Source: Octopus sinensis | Lineage: Eukaryota | Length of the DNA stretch: 15,760 bases | Reading direction: 5' to 3' | Assembly: GCF_006345805.1 (NCBI RefSeq) | Contig: NW_021826022.1 | Span: 1-15,760 of the forward strand | Part shown: in pieces, positions 9,401-15,760 of the stretch | Layout: each line of letters begins with the position of its first letter | How positions within the stretch are numbered: the first letter of the stretch is position 1 | Notes under the pieces: generated by a model | The model's input: only the letters and a program-made list of their open reading frames with translations | Told to the model about the DNA's origin: nothing | Database searches by the model: none | Translations under genes and position numbers: made by a program

Positions 9401-9880
9401 TTACAAGAGATGTGGGTCAGATTATTTCTTACCCACATCTCTTGACTCATAGACATTTAAACATTCATAGATTACACTTGGTGTAGCCATAGTTACAAAC
9501 ATTTTATTACAAGTTATATAATGTTGATTTTTGATCCGATTAAACGTAGATACACATTTTAAAGTACGGGTTACATAATGATTTAAGCCGACGCTCCAAC
9601 CCTGCGCCAAACTCCGTATATCGACTTCCACCCACCTTGTTATGCTGAAGCTACCCGAGGAGCAATCAGCAACAGGAATGATGGTATCAAGTGACAGAAT
9701 TACTTTTGTCATTGTTAGTTAATGAATAGAGTCAAGATGAGCTGGATAGGTCACAATGCCATTACTAACGCGCCTGTTGGTTCACTTATATCGTAGGAAT
9801 TGACTACAAGAGTAACTACATTGTTTTTCGGTCTTCTGAATTTAATCGTCACACTCATAAAAACACATATATACATACAT

Positions 9881-10199
9881 AAAACGACAAACGTCGCCCT
9901 TTTCAAGCCTAGTTATGTTCATGGGCCCGGTTTCCCGGTTTCTGTGGCGTATGTGTCCCTCCCCCCAGCTGGACGGGACGACAGTCCATCGCAGCGTTAC
10001 TCAAGAAACAGGAACAGAGAGTGAGAGAAAGTTGGGGCGAAAGAGTACAACAGGGATCGCCACCACCCCCTGCCAGAGCCTCGTGGTGCTTTTAGGTGTT
10101 TTCGCTCAATAAACACACACGACGCCCGGTCTGGGAATCGAAAACCGCGATCCTCCGACCGCGAGTCCGCTGCTCTATCTACTGGGTCATTGCGCCTCC
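9881..10199 (-). mobile_element. tRNA-derived SINE (family C head and middle, tail type 2)
   Basis: Head and middle (10004-10199) match 1675-1863. The tail is TGAGTAACGCTGCGATGGACTGTCGTCCCGTCCAG...GAAACCGGGAAACCGGGCCC. 18-bp TSD ACACATATATACATACAT at 9863-9880 and 10200-10217 (low complexity). Confidence 0.87.
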
Positions 10200-10404
10200 A
10201 CACATATATACATACATGCACACATATATTGATTTATCATTAGTTGTGTGTTGGAAGTAAAATTGCTACGTCAGGGAAAACATGTGATATTAATTTGAAA
10301 TATAAATATATTTTTCTTTGCTGTTTATTGTGTAAGATATATATCATATCGTTTAAAAGTCACAAAATATATACCGCTATTCACTGGCTTGGGTACTCTT
10401 CCAC

Positions 10405-10609
10405 TGTGCATATATCAACATGCATACATACATATATACCTACATACATACACATATGTATATATGTATATGCACACACACGCACATACATATATATGTT
10501 TATATAAGTATATATATATATGTATATATACATATGTATACATGTATTTATCTATCCAACCATCCATCCCTCTCTCTCTATATATATGTATGCATGTATA
10601 TATTTATAT

Positions 10610-10648
<39 letters not shown>

Positions 10649-10739
10649 AACATATATACAGATACGGTATAAATACATAGAGATACATATGTAAATACAT
10701 ACACATTCATACATGCATGCATACATGCATGCATACACA

Positions 10740-10804
<65 letters not shown>
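10405..10804. repeat. Compound (CATA)/(TA)/(CA)/(CCAT) microsatellite cluster
   Basis: Read directly from the sequence. Confidence 0.9.
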
Positions 10805-10806
<2 letters not shown>

Positions 10807-11900
10807 CCTTGCAACTTAATATTTGCATCGTGTTGCGGAAAATTCTATGACGATTGTAACACTTGATAACAAACAAGGCAAACGCTGATTCCGTTCATAT
10901 CTCGAAAACGATACTTTTATGAAAAACATAAGTAGACCTCATTAGATTTGAACTCAGACTGTAATTTCAAACTCAGTTTCCTTCGTTTTCTTCTTCCTTT
11001 GTCCTACAGGAAGGAACTGTACCCATGGGCTACACTTTTACTCAGAGACCACTGTAACTGACGCTGATGAAATTCCTAATGCCTTGTCTACTCTATCAGG
11101 GATGGCTACCACAAATTCACGGAGAAAGGATAGATTTCCAGTTGGAGTAAACTCCGGGAAAGAAGGAATAGGGTAATGGGTGATTTATCCTAGTCCATCG
11201 TTGAGCTCGTGTACACCATACGAATGACGATAAGAGTCCGAGACAGTAGTTTATGAAGCAGTTTTTCCAACTCACCAACTCATTCTGGTTATAAACGCTA
11301 ATCCGATTAAACTGCCACAGGAATTTACTTTACTGACTACAAGAAATAAATTGGAAACCACTGACCCGGGTTTGACCTTAAACTTGGACATTATCCAATG
11401 TAACCTCCATTAAAATGAAACGATTTACTAAATAAAAGACTGATTAATTCTCTGCAGATAATTTTAATTCAATGTTGAAATTCATATTTGATGTTACAAT
11501 ATTTTAATCAAAGCACACTGGTGGTAGATTAAGTGTTGTTGTTGTTATTGTTGGTTGATGTTTAACACAATATCAAATCTGATCGATGAGATCTGTGGTC
11601 AAGAGCATACTATTGAATCATGTTTCTGTTTTAGTCTTTTAACCATTGTTTATCATTTCTATCATTCGACTAAGTGGTCGTGGGGGTAGAGAATACGATA
11701 GATACCTCATTATTTAGAATACTTTTAATATTAGATACCTCGGAAGATGCACCGTTAAACAACGCAGTCGCACGCTTCCATTGCTATTCATATTGAATTA
11801 ATTTTTAATAATTTAAATTTCGGCTTTGCCTCCCCTGAATTTCATATTTTATTGGAGTTACTCAAGTTACACAATGACATTGTCAGCAAGAAAAATGTAG

Positions 11901-12232
11901 AACAAGCCACCCAGACAGCGCAAACCAGCGCCAAGGCAACACCTACGTTCTCTCAACGATTAGCTAGAGATGATTTTTAAAATGAGAATATCTGAAATAA
12001 ACACAACTGCTCTCACAAACGAACACTCTTAAACATTTTTTAAAAAACTGAAAAATAATCCACAATTCTTGTCCAGTACTAGATCGATCCCAAAATCTAA
12101 TCAGTTCGAGCCAGTTGCAAAGCCCAACATCCATGAAAGTTTCACCTGAATCCATCCAGCGGTTCTTGAGATATCTTGTCCATGGGCAAACAAACAAACG
12201 TGACTGAAAACAATACCTCTGCAGAGGTAATA
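11901..12232 (-). mobile_element. DINE-1/HINE-like non-autonomous Helentron (Helitron2-type) derivative
   Basis: One terminus carries the perfect 16-bp palindrome TACCTCTGCAGAGGTA (12214-12229) next to a (CAAA)n microsatellite. An adjacent core reads GATATCTCAAGAACCGCTGGATGGATTCAGGTGAAACTTTCATG on the minus strand, typical of DINE-1/HINE cores. The other end has a decayed sub-terminal repeat, AAACCAGCGCCAAGG (11922-11936). The left boundary is inferred. Confidence 0.6.
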
Positions 12233-12491
12233 AATAATACCATATTAACTGGAATGTCGCATCTGGATTGCCTTTGTATTCAATAGTGGATTATTGAAAT
12301 GCATGTAAAATTTTAAGCAGTATCCCCGTTGAAAAGATGAGGAATTATGTACAGGTTGAATTCATATAGATTTTCCACCATAAGTGTTGTTTTTACTAAT
12401 TTGGCTTCCACGTAGGCAGTGAGGGTTCGATTTGATCTCGCGTCGTCAAGTTTTCTACCTATATGTTTTCATGCCAGTTGTCACGTGCAAA

Positions 12492-13005
12492 TCTATATAT
12501 ATAAAACTCTAGTTGTGTGAGTGTCTGTCCCCTTCGATTTAGATTCCTCACTCCTCCCACATTTTGCGGTGCAGTTTAACCAAATTCGGGTATCTTATAG
12601 TCGTGATTCATATCGAGCCCGTCTGGCTATTAGCGCGCGTCTACGATGAGTCTACGATTTTAAAAATAATTTAACATCATTTTTTTATTCCATTTTAATG
12701 CATAATTTTTCGTGTGCCGATGGCGGCGGAGTTGGCGTCCATGGTCACAGCTGCACCTGTTTGCTTCTCCCCCTTCTTCCCTCCCCCGTGAAGCTGTGGG
12801 GAAGGGAGTGTAAGGAAATCAACGTCGTAAAGCGTTGTCAAAGAGACCAGCGTTCTTTTAGAACAACGACTTCATGACTTGAAGACACCAAACCAGAAAT
12901 GGCTAAGAAAGCCCGAATTGGCATCTATAAGGGAAGTAACTCTCTAAAAATGCTTATATAGTTATTTCCCTTACAAACCCGAGCAACGCCGGGCGATACT
13001 GCTAG
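12492..13005 (+). mobile_element. Non-autonomous Helitron (Helitron1-type), 514 bp
   Basis: Starts A|TCTATATATATAAAA (A12491, TC at 12492-12493). The 3' hairpin CCCGAGCAACGCCGGG (12978-12993) lies 8 nt before CTAG (13002-13005), followed by T13006. This is insertion between A and T with no TSD, the canonical Helitron signature. Confidence 0.87.
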
Positions 13006-13372
13006 TTCTTTAATAAGCCTGTTACGTATCTGTCAGATTATATTGGCGTTCATTTGCGTTTATTTGCTCGAAGATTATTCTACAAGAACCTAAGCAGTAA
13101 ATAGGAAACAAGGCAAAACCCAATTGCATTCGATTGCCATCATATTCAGTATGACGATTTGGAAATCTAGAATATGATTAGAGGAACAATATTGTTGTAA
13201 AATGATGGTAAGGAAATACTAATTGTAAAATAGGAAACGTTTAAGCTAAAAACGAAAAAAATCCAACAGTTGCGTATTCAAATGGAATACACTTGTCTGT
13301 TATTTTTCTGCAGCTCGAACATAATGCTTACATAGAGCAGTATTTTACAGCGAAGTTAAAATACACACATCT

Positions 13373-13519
13373 CCGCCGAGGTCGACTTTGCCTTTCATCC
13401 TTTCGGGGTCGATAAATTAAGTACCAGTTACGTACTGGGGTCGATATAACCGACTTAATCCGTTTGTCTGTCCTTGTTTGTCCTCTCTGTGTTTAGCCCC
13501 TTGTGGGTAGTAAAGAAAT
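13373..13519 (+). mobile_element. 5'-truncated family A SINE
   Basis: Aligns with about 3774-3919. Perfect 19-bp TSD AGTTAAAATACACACATCT at 13354-13372 and 13520-13538. Confidence 0.92.
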
Positions 13520-13545
13520 AGTTAAAATACACACATCTACCTACA

Positions 13546-13547
13546 TG

Positions 13548-13580
<33 letters not shown>

Positions 13581-13602
13581 ATGTGTTTGTGTGTATGTAT
13601 AT

Positions 13603-13637
<35 letters not shown>
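13546..13637. repeat. (TA)n-(TG)n-(TA)n microsatellite
   Basis: Read directly from the sequence. Confidence 0.95.
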
Positions 13638-13690
13638 TGATACTGTGTGGACTAAGATCCTCGTTGACAGGCTGCTGTTAGAATGATGCG

Positions 13691-13735
13691 GATGCCTCTG
13701 ATGAGAACGCAATAAGGTTCGAAATCGATTAAGTT
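13691..13735 (+). ncRNA. Minimal type-I hammerhead-ribozyme-like motif (degenerate stem I)
   Basis: Core CTGATGA (13698-13704), stem II GAAC/GTTC (13705-13708 and 13717-13720, 8-nt loop) and GAAA (13721-13724). Stem III is the palindrome ATCGAT (13724-13729), with a putative AUU cleavage site after 13730. Stem I pairs poorly (CCT versus AAG). Confidence 0.45.
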
Positions 13736-13830
13736 TGTTCATTTTTTTTCAGTCTGTAAAGAAATAGGTAAAATTTGCCCTGTTTATAATAATACCATAT
13801 GTTTTATTTATATATATATATATATATATT

Positions 13831-14031
13831 AGTATGTGACCTCGCCTGTATCACTAGCGGTTTTTTTTCCTGTGTCTTCCCTTCTCGGGATCTTTCCTTC
13901 TCCTATGTTTCCGACGAAGAGCTCCGCTCGAAACGTCAAACTCTCCTTCTTCCCTTCTTTCCTGAGCGTCCAATAATACTTTATTTGCTCCACATCCTTG
14001 CGTTGTTGTCTTTTTGTTTTCTTGTTTGGAT

Positions 14032-14035
<4 letters not shown>
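13831..14035 (+). mobile_element. About 200-bp cassette embedded in (TA)n and carrying a hammerhead motif; probable Penelope-like-element-derived non-autonomous repeat
   Basis: Bounded by (TA)n at about 13809-13829 and 14036-14063, pyrimidine-rich on the + strand, and containing the motif at 13907-13941. The PLE assignment is inferred from the known association of minimal hammerheads with Penelope-like elements. Confidence 0.5.
13907..13941 (+). ncRNA. Minimal type-I hammerhead-ribozyme-like motif with a U4C core variant and an extra A
   Basis: Stem I GTTT/AAAC (13907-13910 and 13938-13941), core CCGACGA (13911-13917) and an extra A13918. Stem II is GAGC-TCC-GCTC (13919-13929), followed by GAAA and the palindromic stem III ACGT. 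A putative GUC cleavage site lies after 13937. Confidence 0.6.
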
Positions 14036-14069
<34 letters not shown>

Positions 14070-14798
14070 CGTGTGTAAGTATATTTATTTGTATTCGAGG
14101 TTTTCAGATCTGAATAAGAAACCGAAGGCACAAACTTGTAGCGAAAACGTATTTGTGTGGTCGGAGCGGTGGAACGTATTAACCTCGGCTACGTTTTCTT
14201 GAAAGAATTTCATAAATGTACATTTAAATTGACTACACGGCAGAGGGTATTGACTTTTCATAACCGCAGCTACAAAGCTAGATTATGACGTCAAGTAAAA
14301 TGAATAAGATGCAAATGAGAATACGAAGAATAGCTAATCTCTTTAACGCCATCAACGTTCTCTCAGCACCAACATTCCCTGGCAAAATTCCACGATCAAC
14401 GAGTTACTTAGTGGTTAGAGTTAGTTGCTTCAAATAAGAACTTCTCAAGTATTAGATTATCATCTTTGTTTGTGAAGACACAATGGTGCCTATAATTGAA
14501 GTGGGATGGGAAAAGACAACGGGGAGTCGTGACGTTCATAACTTTTCTTAGCATATTTACTAAGGTAAGCGCTAATCTATATTAATCGATAATTGAACGG
14601 AGGCAAGTAAGTTAACTCTCTCGACATGTTCTTTGGTTCTTTGTCTCTCGCATTGGTGAGATACAATGATAATAGAGTTATTCTAGATGTAAATTCTTTC
14701 TAGATTCAATAATAACAGTTTTAGTGGATACTAACAGTCGTTGACTGACCGTCCAGTATGCCATCGAGACATTTCTGTCCTCACGCCCACACAACATT

Positions 14799-15184
14799 GG
14801 ATGGAAGCACTCCGTCGGTTACGACGACGAGGGTTCCGGTTGATCCGATCAACAGAACAGCCTGCTCGTGAAATTAACGTGTAAGTGGCTGAGCATTCCA
14901 CAGACACGTGTACCCTTAACGTAGTTCTCGTGGATATTCAGCGTGACTACAGAGAGTGACAAGGCCAGCCCTTTGAAATACAGGTACAACAGAAACAGGA
15001 AGTAAGAGTGAGAGAAAGTTGTGGTGAAAGAGTACAGCAGGGATCACCACCATCCCCTGCCGGAGCCTCGTGGAGCTTTAGGTGTTTTCGCTCAATAAAC
15101 ACTCACAACGCCCGGTCTGGGAATCGAAACCGCGGTCCTACGACCGTGAGTCCGCTGCCCTAACCACTGGGCCATTGCGCCTCC
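14799..15184 (-). mobile_element. Full-length tRNA-derived SINE (family C, tail type 1)
   Basis: Reverse complement of 1675-2053 with about 21 substitution or indel events by my manual count. 13-bp TSD CCCACACAACATT at 14786-14798 and 15184-15196, overlapping the head by 1 base. Confidence 0.92.
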
Positions 15185-15406
15185 CCACACAACATTAATA
15201 AACTCATGAATGCACGATAGACATGAACGTACCACGTGGCCACACGACTTGTTAGAAAACGCAGTGAAGATTTCCTCTTATCACACCATTCTTATATATC
15301 AGAACAATATTGTTTCTTATCTTTTAGTCAAGCAGCTAGGCGTAGCTTTTCACCATTCCCGAGACCTTCCAGAATAGCAGGAGGCGGACGATATCTTTGG
15401 TTCGAA

Positions 15407-15618
15407 GGCGGCGAGCTGGCGAAATGCGTAGCCGTATTTCGTCTGTCGTTACTTTCTGAGTTCAAATTCCGCCGAGGTCGACTTTGCCTTTCATCCTTTC
15501 GGGGTCGATAAATAAAGTACCAGTTTCGCACTGGGGTCGATGTAATCGACTTAATCCCTTTGTCCGTCCTTGTTTGTCCCCTCTAGGTTTAGTCCCTTGG
15601 GGGCAGTAAAGAAATAGT
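15407..15618 (+). mobile_element. Family A SINE with a 21-bp deletion in the head
   Basis: Aligns with 3690-3920. Perfect 15-bp TSD TATCTTTGGTTCGAA at 15392-15406 and 15619-15633. Confidence 0.92.
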
Positions 15619-15760
15619 TATCTTTGGTTCGAAAACATGGTCTGAATGCTAACAACAAAATGAACTTCGGTAAAATTACCGACAGCAGGAAGTGTTGGTG
15701 TTAAGGGGCTTTATTTGGGCAAAATTTATAGGCGAAATTATACATGTAGGGACAACTAAG

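Noticed and set aside
11759-12197. Stop-free plus frame at 11759-11980 and minus ORF at 11964-12197
   Set aside because: Both overlap the HINE-like element, lack good splice or start context and match no protein I recognise.
12405-12470. Faint SINE-head-like sequence (GGTTCGATT)
   Set aside because: Too degenerate to align with any family in the window.
121-14131. Most ORF-track proteins (MCVCV..., YIYIY..., THTHT..., poly-C/L/T/Y)
   Set aside because: They are translations of microsatellites that lack stop codons in some frames, with no coding signal.
14286-14293. Perfect CRE palindrome TGACGTCA
   Set aside because: A single 8-mer with no promoter context is plausible by chance.
15330-15380. 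KQLGVAFHHS, resembling the Ski2-like helicase GVAFHHAGL motif, after an acceptor-like TTTTAG
   Set aside because: An in-frame stop follows within a few codons and there are no other helicase motifs, so it is probably chance.
15667-15682. TCGGTAA-AA-TTACCGA inverted repeat
   Set aside because: A 7-bp stem is expected by chance in a window of this size.

Overview
This is AT-rich, repeat-saturated eukaryotic genomic DNA with no protein-coding exon I can support with confidence. The SINE families resemble, from memory and unverified, those of Octopus (coleoid cephalopod), so the window is probably intronic or intergenic. It holds many TA/TG/TATG/trinucleotide microsatellites and 11 tRNA-headed SINE copies of about 4 modular families, 6 of them with readable 11-19 bp target-site duplications. 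It also holds a mariner MITE, a non-autonomous Helitron with textbook ends, a DINE-1/HINE-like element, a foldback MITE-like element, and a decayed restriction-like-endonuclease retrotransposon 3' end split by a SINE. The most notable signal is two different minimal type-I hammerhead-ribozyme-like motifs about 200 nt apart on the + strand (13691-13735 and 13907-13941), each in a short cassette bounded by (TA)n. Nearly all ORFs in the supplied track are microsatellite or repeat artefacts.
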